DNA of 63,325 nt, the filler included, from Octopus bimaculoides (Eukaryota), in NCBI RefSeq assembly GCF_001194135.2. It is 6 parts of 5 records of this genome, joined end to end, with 100 filler letters (N's around TTAATTAATTAA, not from the genome) between each part and the next. Parts side by side here need not be neighbours in the genome. Positions count along the whole stretch, not along the records: positions 46,882 to 61,813 come from NC_069010.1; positions 61,914 to 63,325 come from NC_068993.1; 4 more parts are not named here. The stretch is one strand, 5' to 3'. Position 1 is the stretch's first letter; each line of letters opens with the position of its first letter. The notes beneath the pieces are model-generated. The model was not told the origin of the DNA. It ran no database searches and was given only the letters and a program-made list of their open reading frames with translations. A program made the translations under genes and the position numbers. Shown one piece after another: positions 54,334-63,325 of this stretch.

Positions 54334-54901
54334 AAAAGTCACTTTGTCTGTTAAATGGTGGTCGAGGTTTCAATTCCTTCCCAGTTTAGAATTATTATTT
54401 TACTTTTATTAATTTAAGTTGGCAACCCTTTATATTGATCTTCAGCTAAGATAGGTTTAAATATGTCATTTTTTAACTACATTTTTGTTGGTATCTCGGT
54501 GGTATTGTGGGTAAAGGCATATGTAGACACCAATAACATCCTGGGCTGGATTCAATATCACCCAGGGCCTGCACTAATGGGTCTTATGAAAATCTTTCAC
54601 TTTTTTTTTTTATCTCTAGGAGAAAAAAACGAAAATAAGACCCCTTATAATACCTGGCAAAGATTTGAAACTTCCACCTCTGTGCCATGTTACTACTTCT
54701 AAACACCTCTACCTATGAGGCCACCGAAGCAGCAACAACCTCAACCTGAAAATTGAGATATTTAAACTTATTTCAATTTTGAGGCAGATTTGTTAACACA
54801 CACTCACACACACACAATACAACTTAAGTTAAAAAAAAAAAAAAAAAATNNNNNNNNNNAATTGAAACCTAAACCACCATTTAACAGACAAAGTGACTTT
54901 T
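54334..54901. mobile_element. MITE-like element with 42-bp TIRs
   Basis: 54334-54375 and 54860-54901 are inverted (2 mismatches) and flanked by a 26-bp direct repeat. A 10-N gap lies inside. Confidence 0.5.
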
Positions 54902-55159
54902 ACCAACAATTTCAATGTTAAAATTTAGATATTAAAATATTTTCTTTATTGGTAAGACTGTTGCTGTTGCTGTTTGTTCCTTCTCAAGCCACACCTGGTT
55001 CATAATGGCTGGTTTCCTGGTTTCATTGGTGTATAGGTTCCCCACCTGGATGGGACGTTGGTGAGCTGCTAGATGTAAGAGGAAAGAGTAAGAAAAAGAA
55101 AAAGTTGTTGTGAAAGAGTCAGCAGAAGTTCACCATTACCTTCTGCCAGGCCCAGCTCT

Positions 55160-55312
55160 GCATGTATGTAGTTTCCAACTACCAAATCCACTCACAAGGC
55201 TTTGGTTGGCCCAAGGCTATAGTAGAAGACACTTGCCCAAGGTGCCACACAGCAGGACTGAACCTGGAACCATGTGGTTGGTAAGCCAGCTTCTTACTAC
55301 ACAGCCATGCCT
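55160..55312 (-). mobile_element. SINE family A, 5' half
   Basis: CTACCAAATCCACTCACAAGGCTTTGG..GCTATAGTAGAAGACACTTGCCCAAGGTGCCAC..GAACCATGTGGTTGG. Confidence 0.8.
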
Positions 55313-55951
55313 GAGAAAATTGTAATATTTTCAAAGAAGGTCACCTTAAGTACAAAAGGTGCTGACTTCAGAAAGGATGTTATCAGAACCTCAAATAAGA
55401 CATAATGCACTGGAGCTGTGAAAAGTGTGGCCATGTAATACTACTTTCTGTCTTTTATGGTTGACATACCCACGTATGTCAACCAAAAAAAATTGCCTGC
55501 AGCCTCATCATTATCATTTAACATCTGTTTTCCATGCTGGCACAGATTGGAGAGCTTGACCAGAACTGGCAAGGCCGGGGGCTACACCAGGATTCTGTTG
55601 CTTATTTTGGCTTGGTTTCTGGATGCCCTTTTTATCACCAGACCACCAGCTTCCAAGCAAGTTAATACTTCTCCATGGCCAGACATATATTCGAACAACA
55701 CTGCTTGTATAACAGTGATACTCATTTACAGCTGTCCTGCAATGTCAAGACAAACACAATCGGGGCAGGATTAAGACCCATCGAGGCCCCTAAGCACTTG
55801 AAAGATTTTGGTGGCCCCCATAAAAGATTATGTAATCCAAAATATAAACAATAACAAACCATAAAATAAATTATTTTTCAAAACAAAACAGTAAGAGGGA
55901 AAATAATGTTTATTTTTGTCTACTTCCACTTTATTTATATTTGAATAGTGA

Positions 55952-56585
55952 GATCTTTTTTAAAACGGGGGCCACATTTTTCATTAACGAAACACTTTGA
56001 AACTTGGAACAATGGTAGAATGTGTCATATAAAACATCTTTTTCTCTTAGTCTTCTTAAAAAAAAAAGAAATCCCTAAGTTATTCCATGTTAAAGTTGTC
56101 GTATTTCTGTAATTTCAACCAATNNNNNNNNNNNNNNNNNNNNNNNNNNNNNNNNNNNNNNNNNNNNNNNNNNNNNNNNNNNNNNNNNNNNNNNNNNNNN
56201 NNNNNNNNNNNNNNNNNNNNNNNNNNNNNNNNNNNNNNNNNNNNNNNNNNNNNNNNNNNNNNNNNNNNNNNNNNNNNNNNNNNNGGTTAGGGTTAAAGTA
56301 AATTTAAAATGAAAAAAGCAAATAAAACGAAGGTATGGAGATTAAATACGCTTTACATCGCTTAATCAGCCAAAGGAGTAAATGTAAACAACTGAATACT
56401 TGTCAGTGATTGGTTGAAATTATCGAAATAAGACAATTTTTTACATGAAATAAATTCGAATACAAAAATATTTTTCTGTTCTATAACACAAAATAGATAA
56501 GTATACGAAGTTTGAAAGTCTTTCCGTACCAAAAACACTACGTAAAACATTAATGAAAAATGTGGCCCCTGTTTTAAAATAGATC
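55952..56585. mobile_element. MITE-like element with terminal and subterminal inverted repeats
   Basis: GATCTTTTTTAAAACGGGGGCCACATTTTTCATTAA is inverted at about 56550-56585; the inner pair is 56098-56123 and 56409-56434. Confidence 0.6.
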
Positions 56586-56785
56586 CGAAGAGTGTAGTGG
56601 GTGCTTTTACGTGCCACCAGCATGAAGAAGGCCAGTCAGGAGGTACCGGCAACAGCCACGTTCAAAATGGTGTATTTTACGTGCCACCTGCACAGGCAAC
56701 GATCTTGCTCGAATGTCTTTCCACGTGCCAGGAAGGCGACGCTGGTAACGATCACGCTAAGAATAATGGATTGCAAACATCAGTG

Positions 56786-59395
56786 TTATTGTTTCGATTT
56801 TGTATGAATTTGTTTGTGTTTAATTAAGCAATTTCTTTTGTGGAATGATTTATCACAGAGATCACAGCGATATGGCTTCTCTCCAGTATGGAGGTATATG
56901 TGAGTAGTTAAGCCACTACGAAAAAAGAAGGTTTTACCACAGATAATACAGCGATATGGTTTCACTTTTGTATGAATACGTTTGTGTTTAGTTAAGTTAC
57001 TTCCATCAGAGAAGAATTTCCCGCAGTCGTCACACCGGTATGGTTTCTCTCCTGTGTGAGTGTACCTGTGCGTAGTTAAACAGCTATTATAAGCAAAAGA
57101 CTTACCACAAATATCGCAACGATATGGTTTCTTTCTCGTTTGAAAATGCCTGTGCGTAGAGGAAGATTTACCAGAGATGATACCACAGCGATACTGCTCA
57201 TTTCTGATATGCACACGTTTATGTCTAGCTAAAAGAGTACAATCAGAGAATTGTTTACCACAGATATGACAACGGTAGGGTTTCTCTGCTGTATGAATGC
57301 GCCTGTGGTAAACAAGGTTACTTTTCTGAGCAAATGGTCTGTTGCAGATATCACAGTGATATGGCTTCTCTCCTGTATGAACGCGTTTGTGTGTAGTTAA
57401 TCTACTTTTGCATGAGAATGATTTACCACAGATATCACAGCGATATATCTTCTCTTTGTGAGTGCGTTTGTGTCTAAATAGGTAAACCGTTTGAGAAAAG
57501 AATTTACCACAGATATCACAATGATATGGTTTCTGTTGGGTCAGTTCGTTACTTACAGAGAATGGTTTACCACTGATGTATGGTTCCTCTTCGATATGAG
57601 TGTGTTTGTGTCTAGTTAAGTTACTTAACTGAGCGAATGATTTATCACAGACATCACATTGATACGGCCTCTCTCCTGTATGAACGCGATTATGTATAAT
57701 TAAGCTTCCGTTCGAAAAGCATGACATACCACAGATATCACAGGAATATGACTTCTTTCTTGTACGAACTCGTTTGCGTCGTGCTGAGGCATCCGTTACA
57801 GATAATAATTTATCACGAATAAGTGGTTCCTTTTCTCTATGAGTGCGTTTGTGTATGCCTAAGCTTCTTTTCCAAGTGTACGATCTACCACAGATATCAC
57901 ACGTGTATGGCTTCTCTCCTGTATGAATACGTCTATGGCTCTTTAAATAACCGCTCACTTTAAATGATTTATCACAGATATCACAACGATATCGAATCAT
58001 CTGAGTACGAATAGGTAAGCTAGCAGACATTTTTTTTTTCTGTTTCGCATGGGTGTTCATATGTGCAGTTAAGTTGCTTTTCCTCGAGAATGATTTAGCA
58101 CAGACATCACAGGAACATGGCTTCTCTCCTGCGCGAACGCCTTTCTCTTGCGTCGAGTCATTACTAACTGATAAAGATTTATCGCAAATAGATACTTCCT
58201 TTTTTCTATGAGTGCGTTTGTGTGTAGCTAAGTTACTGCTCGAAAAGAAATCTCTGCCACAGATATCACAGTGAAATGGTTTCTCTCCTGTATGAGTGCG
58301 TTTGTGTACAGTCAAGCTTTTTTTCCAAGAGTATGATTTGCCACAGATATCACAGTGATGTGACTTCTTTTCTGAATGAGTAATTTTGTGATGAACTAAG
58401 TGACCACTGTGAGAGAATGATTTACCACAGACACCACACAGGTATGGTCTTTCTCCCGTATGAATTCGCTTGTGATTAGTCAGGGTATATCTATGAGAAA
58501 ACGGTTTGCCACAGATTTCACAGCGATATGGCTTCTCTCCTGTGTGAACACGTCTATGAATCTTTAAACGACTACTTATTTTAAATGATTTACCACAGAT
58601 ATCGCAGGAATGTAGCAGCTCTCCTGTACAAACGCGTTTCTGTTGAATTGGTTCCTCTATTGTAGGAGTGCAATTGTGAACAGCTAAGCTTCTTTTCCTA
58701 GAGAATGATTTACCACAGACATCACAGCGAAATGGCTTCTCTACTGTAAGACTGCATTTGTGAACAGCTAAGCTTCTTTGCCAAGCGAATGATTTACCAC
58801 AGACATCACAGCGAAAAGGCTTCTCTCCTGTATGACTGCGTCTGTGGTTCTTCAAATGACAACGTTCTATAAATGATCTGCCACAGATATCACAACGATA
58901 TCGCATCATGTGAGTATGAAGAAATCTGTATGTAGCTAAGCTACCAGAAGCATGTTTTTTCTGTCTCACATGAGTGTACATGTGTGAAATTAAGCTATTC
59001 TTCCAAGAGAATGATTTATTACAGATGTTACACTGATGTGGCTTCTCTCCTGTATGAATGTATTTGTGCAGAACTAGACTATGTGCCCTTGAGAACGATC
59101 TACCGCAGATATCACAATGAAAAGGCTTCTCTCCTGTATGGGTGTACACATGTGTACTAAAACTATCTTTCTGATAAAAAGACTTACCGCAGATATTACA
59201 TCTGTATGGTTTCTTTCCTGTATGAATACGTTTGTGAGTTATAAGGTTGCTTTTTCGAGGGAACTCCTTTTTACAGATATCACATTGGTGAGATGATTTT
59301 CCACTAAGAATTGGTGTCTCATCGTTAACATCGGTTCTTTTAGGTTCCGATTCACATTTAACATTGTCCTCACACGATTCAGCCTCCAGCATTTT
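56786..59395 (-). CDS. Multi-finger C2H2 zinc-finger protein (~25 fingers, 869 aa from the ATG at 59395)
   Basis: Uninterrupted ORF with a short acidic N-terminus (MLEAESCEDNVKCE..), 23 C2H2 plus 2 C2HC-type fingers and TGEKP linkers. An upstream polypyrimidine/TTAG acceptor ending at 59458 suggests a preceding exon, so the CDS may extend 5'. Confidence 0.92.
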   Translation of the reverse strand, partial: KMLEAESCEDNVKCESEPKRTDVNDETPILSGKSSHQCDICKKEFPRKSNLITHKRIHTGKKPYRCNICGKSFYQKDSFSTHVYTHTGEKPFHCDICGRSFSRAHSLVLHKYIHTGEKPHQCNICNKSFSWKNSLISHMYTHVRQKKHASGSLATYRFLHTHMMRYRCDICGRSFIERCHLKNHRRSHTGEKPFRCDVCGKSFAWQRSLAVHKCSLTVEKPFRCDVCGKSFSRKRSLAVHNCTPTIEEPIQQKRVCTGELLHSCDICGKSFKISSRLKIHRRVHTGEKPYRCEICGKPFSHRYTLTNHKRIHTGERPYLCGVCGKSFSHSGHLVHHKITHSEKKSHHCDICGKSYSWKKSLTVHKRTHTGEKPFHCDICGRDFFSSSNLATHKRTHRKKEVSICDKSLSVSNDSTQEKGVRAGEKPCSCDVCAKSFSRKSNLTAHMNTHAKQKKKMSASLPIRTQMIRYRCDICDKSFKVSGYLKSHRRIHTGEKPYTCDICGRSYTWKRSLGIHKRTHREKEPLIRDKLLSVTDASARRKRVRTRKKSYSCDICGMSCFSNGSLIIHNRVHTGERPYQCDVCDKSFAQLSNLTRHKHTHIEEEPYISGKPFSVSNELTQQKPYHCDICGKFFSQTVYLFRHKRTHKEKIYRCDICGKSFSCKSRLTTHKRVHTGEKPYHCDICNRPFAQKSNLVYHRRIHTAEKPYRCHICGKQFSDCTLLARHKRVHIRNEQYRCGIISGKSSSTHRHFQTRKKPYRCDICGKSFAYNSCLTTHRYTHTGEKPYRCDDCGKFFSDGSNLTKHKRIHTKVKPYRCIICGKTFFFRSGLTTHIYLHTGEKPYRCDLCDKSFHKRNCLIKHKQIHTKSKQ

Positions 59396-59894
59396 TTCTT
59401 CTCTCTCTCTACAATATACAGATGCTTTTCTTGCTTTCGGTTTTAAAATTTTAGCTCCTAACAAAATAATTATTCTATTTCAATAAACTTTGAAGATTCA
59501 ACAAACCCCCTTCGTAATTCGGGTTTAATTTGAATACAGTATCGTCTTGAACAGTGAAGCGGAGAAGTTCAACTGAATAGTTTCAACCAGATAAAATATT
59601 TCACAGTAATTCTATCAAAGATTTATATTTAAAAAAAAAAAGGGTCATAGTGGTTCTTTTCTAGGATAGTTTCTTTCAATAATGATGAGTGTTTGATAAG
59701 CCCCAAAAATATTCTCTGTTGCCGATATCATGTCATATTCTGAATTAAAAGAAAAACAATAAAAGTGCCATTAGTGAAAAGAAAAAGGGATAAAAAAGAA
59801 TAATAATAATAATTGTGATGCAACAACAGAAGCTTTAAAACATTAAAGCTTCTATTGTTTTTTCTGAGAGGAGTTTTAAAATAGCTACCATGTG

Positions 59895-60220
59895 CCAATC
59901 GCATGTAAAAAGCACCTTCGAACACTGGGCCGCCTCATGGAGGCAACGACAAATGACCGAGACTTTTGGCCACATGCCATGCTTCAGAAGAAGAACCATC
60001 AAGCCAAGTGGAATTGTAGCTTGTAGTTGTAGCAGATGCCAGTGGCACATAAATGCACCTGTTACACTCTTGGAATGATTGGCATTAGGAAGGGCATCCA
60101 GCTGTAGAAACCATGCCAAATCAGATTGGAACATGGTGCAACCCCCTCAGCTTCCCAGTTCTCAGTCAAACCATCCAACCCATGCCAGCATGGACAATGG
60201 AAGTTAAATGACGATGATGA
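59895..60220 (+). mobile_element. SINE family C
   Basis: CATGTAAAAAGCACC..GGCATTAGGAAGGGCATCCAGCTGTAGAAACCATGCC..CCATGCCAGCATGG..GTTAAATGACGATGATG. Confidence 0.8.
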
Positions 60221-60231
60221 ATTAAATTATT

Positions 60232-60628
60232 ACTCTTTTACTCTTTTACTTGTTTCAAGTCTTTTGACTGCGACCATGCTGGAGCACCGCCTTTAGTCGA
60301 GCAAATCGACCCCAGGACTTATTCTTTGGAAGCCTAGTACTTATTCTATCGGTCTCTTTTGCTGAACCGCTAAGTTAGGGGGGACGTAAACACACCAGCA
60401 TCGGTTGTCAAGCGATGTTGGGGCGACAAACACAGACACAAACATATATATATATACATATATACGACGGGCTTCTTTCAGTTTCCGTCTACCAAATCCA
60501 CTGACAAGGCTTTGGTCGGCCCGAGGCTATAGTAGAAGACACTTGCCCAAGGTGCCACACAGTGGGACTGAACCCGGAACCATGTGGTTGGTAAGCAAGC
60601 TACTTACCACACAGCTACTCCTACGCCT
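60232..60628 (-). mobile_element. tRNA-derived SINE family A, full length
   Basis: Minus head AGGCGTAGGAGTAGCTGTGTGGTAAG..GGTTCCGGGTTCAGTCCC; central CACCTTGGGCAAGTG (CORE-like); tail (AGAGTAAA)n. Confidence 0.9.
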
Positions 60629-60632
60629 ATTG

Positions 60633-60673
<41 letters not shown>

Positions 60674-60952
60674 ATGCATTTTCGTAGAGATTCAAAATGG
60701 AAATTCTTTGATTCATGTCAACAGCATTCACACATACAGAAACACACACACACGCCTAACAAGACATGAAATGCACACAATCTCCCTTTCTCTCTGATAG
60801 ATTGCTAGAAAGAAAGAAGGGTTTGGCCTCGCCTGGCTCTCTGTTGGTTATGCCTGAGGAACAGCCTGCTCATCAGATCAACATGCAGGTGGCTGAGTAC
60901 TTCACAGAGACACATACAGTTCCCTAAAACACAGTTCTCAGGGAGATCCAGC

Positions 60953-61004
60953 ATATTCATACGGGAGAGAAGCCACATCGCTGTGAAATCTGAGGCCGAT
61001 CGTT
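60953..61004 (+). other. 52-bp C2H2 zinc-finger fragment inside a SINE D remnant
   Basis: Translates as HIHTGEKPHRCEI*GRSFSQ; flanked by TTCTCAGGGAGATCCAGC at 60935-60952 and 61005-61022. Confidence 0.8.
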
Positions 61005-61184
61005 TTCTCAGGGAGATCCAGCCTGGCTCTTCAAATCACAGGAAGAACTCATTTTTGTCAGCTGGCTGGCCTGGAGTAACATGAAGTCGGGCCTTGCTCG
61101 AGGACACTATGTACTGCTGCTGCTGGGAACCGAACTCATGAACTTCAGAATTGTAAGCTGAATATTCTAGAGAGAAAGAATAGC

Positions 61185-61272
61185 CTGACCTGACCTGACC
61201 TGACCTGACCTGGCTTGGCCTGGCCTGGCCTGGCCTGACCTGACCTGACCTGACCTGACCTGGCCTGGCCTG
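61185..61272. repeat. (CCTGA)/(CCTGG) pentanucleotide repeat
   Basis: About 17 units in alternating blocks. Confidence 0.9.
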
Positions 61273-61631
61273 TATCTAATAGACTATTGAAGGGATATTA
61301 TCTTCTTTCTCTGAGACACTTATGATGGTGAGACTAAGGCAATGGGAAAGCCTAGTGTCCCCACGGGCCACCTCGGTGAGGTGAGGTGAGCTGCCAACGA
61401 TGACAAGAATTTCACGGTTAGCATCGCAGTCCCTCCAAACATCTCTAAAGCAACAGGTTGTAAAAAAAAATATTGTTCACTGCCAGGTCCCGATAATTCG
61501 GGGTTTTGTTCCATTCGGCTTCGGAAGCAGTGACCCCTTTCCATTTACTGCAGCATCTAGGATGTGAGAGGGGAGCAAAAGAGTCACAGACTGTGGCATC
61601 CCAGACATGTCATTTTGTTAAATATATATAT

Positions 61632-61749
61632 ACTCTTTTACTCTTTTACTTGTTTCAGTCATTTGACTGCGGCCATGCTGGAGCACCACCTTTAGTCGAA
61701 CAAATCGACCCCAGGACTTATTCTTTATAAGCGTAGTACTTATTCCAGC

Positions 61750-61750
<1 letters not shown>
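61632..61750 (-). mobile_element. SINE family A, 3' tail
   Basis: TACTCTTTTACTCTTTTACTTGTTTCAGTCATTTGACTGCGGCCATGCTGGAGCACC.. Confidence 0.8.
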
Positions 61751-61788
<38 letters not shown>

Positions 61789-61857
61789 TCTTTTACTCTT
61801 TTACTTGTTTCAGNNNNNNNNNNNNNNNNNNNNNNNNNNNNNNNNNNNNNNNNNNNN

Positions 61858-61869
61858 TTAATTAATTAA
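61858..61869. other. Synthetic scaffold spacer (44N-TTAATTAATTAA-44N)
   Basis: Same 100-bp architecture. Confidence 0.95.
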
Positions 61870-61913
61870 NNNNNNNNNNNNNNNNNNNNNNNNNNNNNNN
61901 NNNNNNNNNNNNN

Positions 61914-61971
<58 letters not shown>

Positions 61972-62470
61972 TAATAATAATAATAATAACACTGGAGGTA
62001 CTATTAATAATAGGGGTAAGGTCTGTAAGAGTAAGAACATAATCACAGTAAATGAGGTAAAACATAGGAGATTAAAATTTGAAGGACCCAACGCGAAAGT
62101 CAAAAATATAGTATATCAATGTAAGGTAAAGACCCAAACAGTCACCACGAAATACATTGGTTGCACATCGGGATAGGTATGTAGGAGAATTTCTAATCAC
62201 TTCACGACGTCTAGAGACGGAAGGAAAATAGCAAGCACTAGTCTTAGCAAATACATCTGGGAACTCAAAGAAAATAATAAGCCGTATTCGTTAGAATGGT
62301 CCATAGTAGCAGGATCAATGCCATACGAGAGAAGAAGAAAGTACTATTCGCTCTGCACGACAGAACTCTACTGCATACTCTTCTCTAAGAGTAAATTGAT
62401 TAACAAACTAACGAATAACGCTCTGAAATGTACACACATCTTTAGGAGCACTTTTCGTTGGTTTAAATGA
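61914..62470 (+). mobile_element. Penelope-like GIY-YIG endonuclease fragment preceded by in-frame poly-Asn
   Basis: (AAT)n in frame with NIVYQCKV..KYIGCTSG*..RISNH..TSLSKYIWELK..EWSIV..LC..LINK..CTH. Confidence 0.85.
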
Positions 62471-62645
62471 ATTTTGGATATAAGAGGGTGTCACTGAGAA
62501 TCTCGTCATAGCAGTTAGCACATAGACAGATCACACCAAATATGTAAGAATAGCCGCAAGGGCCCTATAAAATCGGGCTTAAATGATACGGTATAGCAAC
62601 CCCATAAGGGTTGCTATAGGATATGTTTATATGTATGTACATGTG

Positions 62646-62724
<79 letters not shown>

Positions 62725-62773
62725 GTGTATGTATATGTGTATATGTGTATGTGTATGTGTATGTGTATATATG

Positions 62774-62811
<38 letters not shown>

Positions 62812-63206
62812 CGTGTGTGTGTATGTATATGTGTATATATATCTGTTTTGTGTAGGTATATATAAATACATGCTAAATTATAAAACAAAGTTAGGTCATG
62901 TAATTAGGTGGACTGATGCATAAAATACTAGTGGAAGTTTGGAGATGCACTTGAACCTTAGTGGAATTTGAAAATTAAGTTAGATTACAATGGATACCTG
63001 ACTATAACCAGAAAGGCACCGTAGCTCTAATTTAAGGAAGGGATTACTATAGTTAATAGGTCAGTTAAAAATATCTCACTTCGAACCCCAAATTATCCAT
63101 TAATAGGAGTTAACCTGTAATAGTGCAGACCAGCCCTAGGTTGCGGCACTATAATCTGTGCAGCCTATAAGTGTAGATTGTATAAGTTTCAATATAGGAT
63201 TATTAC

Positions 63207-63249
<43 letters not shown>

Positions 63250-63251
<2 letters not shown>

Positions 63252-63325
63252 GATCAATGCCCAAGATCAATGCCTACCTACAAAGAACTACCAGGCCAAC
63301 ATATTACAGAATGGCAGCTCCCCAT
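63250..63325 (+). mobile_element. R4/Dong-like LINE fragment starting at a (TAA)n tract
   Basis: AQDQCLPTKNYQANILQNGSSP directly after (AAT)n; homologous to SQDQSLPTRNY at about 34540. Runs off the window. Confidence 0.65.

Noticed and set aside
56285-56296. Telomeric TTAGGG remnant
   Set aside because: Fewer than two full units, at a gap edge inside a MITE-like element.

Overview
AT-rich, microsatellite-laden eukaryotic genomic DNA. The long TGEKP-linked C2H2 zinc-finger arrays and the SINE repertoire point to a coleoid cephalopod, most likely Octopus (inference). The window is not one contiguous molecule: five identical 100-bp synthetic spacers (44 N + TTAATTAATTAA + 44 N) split it into six joined segments, and several N-gaps have duplicated flanks. 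Host genes are confined to about 49-59.5 kb. They are the large first coding exon of a GT10 alpha-1,3-fucosyltransferase (minus strand), a SINE-disrupted and frameshifted C2H2-ZNF pseudogene (plus strand) and an intact ~25-finger C2H2-ZNF ORF (minus strand). The rest is decayed mobile DNA: Penelope-like elements (RT and GIY-YIG), RTE LINEs, a cluster of R4/Dong-like LINEs abutting (TAA)n, a deleted mariner, MITEs and several tRNA-derived SINE families. The most interesting signals come from reading the sequence directly: (i) at least four minimal type-I hammerhead ribozyme folds from three unrelated repeat families, one of them downstream of a tRNA-like Pol III head; (ii) an ORF1-only retroelement that shares its 3' tail with a SINE; (iii) a 52-bp zinc-finger fragment inserted between 18-bp direct repeats. 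No database searches were run; family names come from motif recognition.
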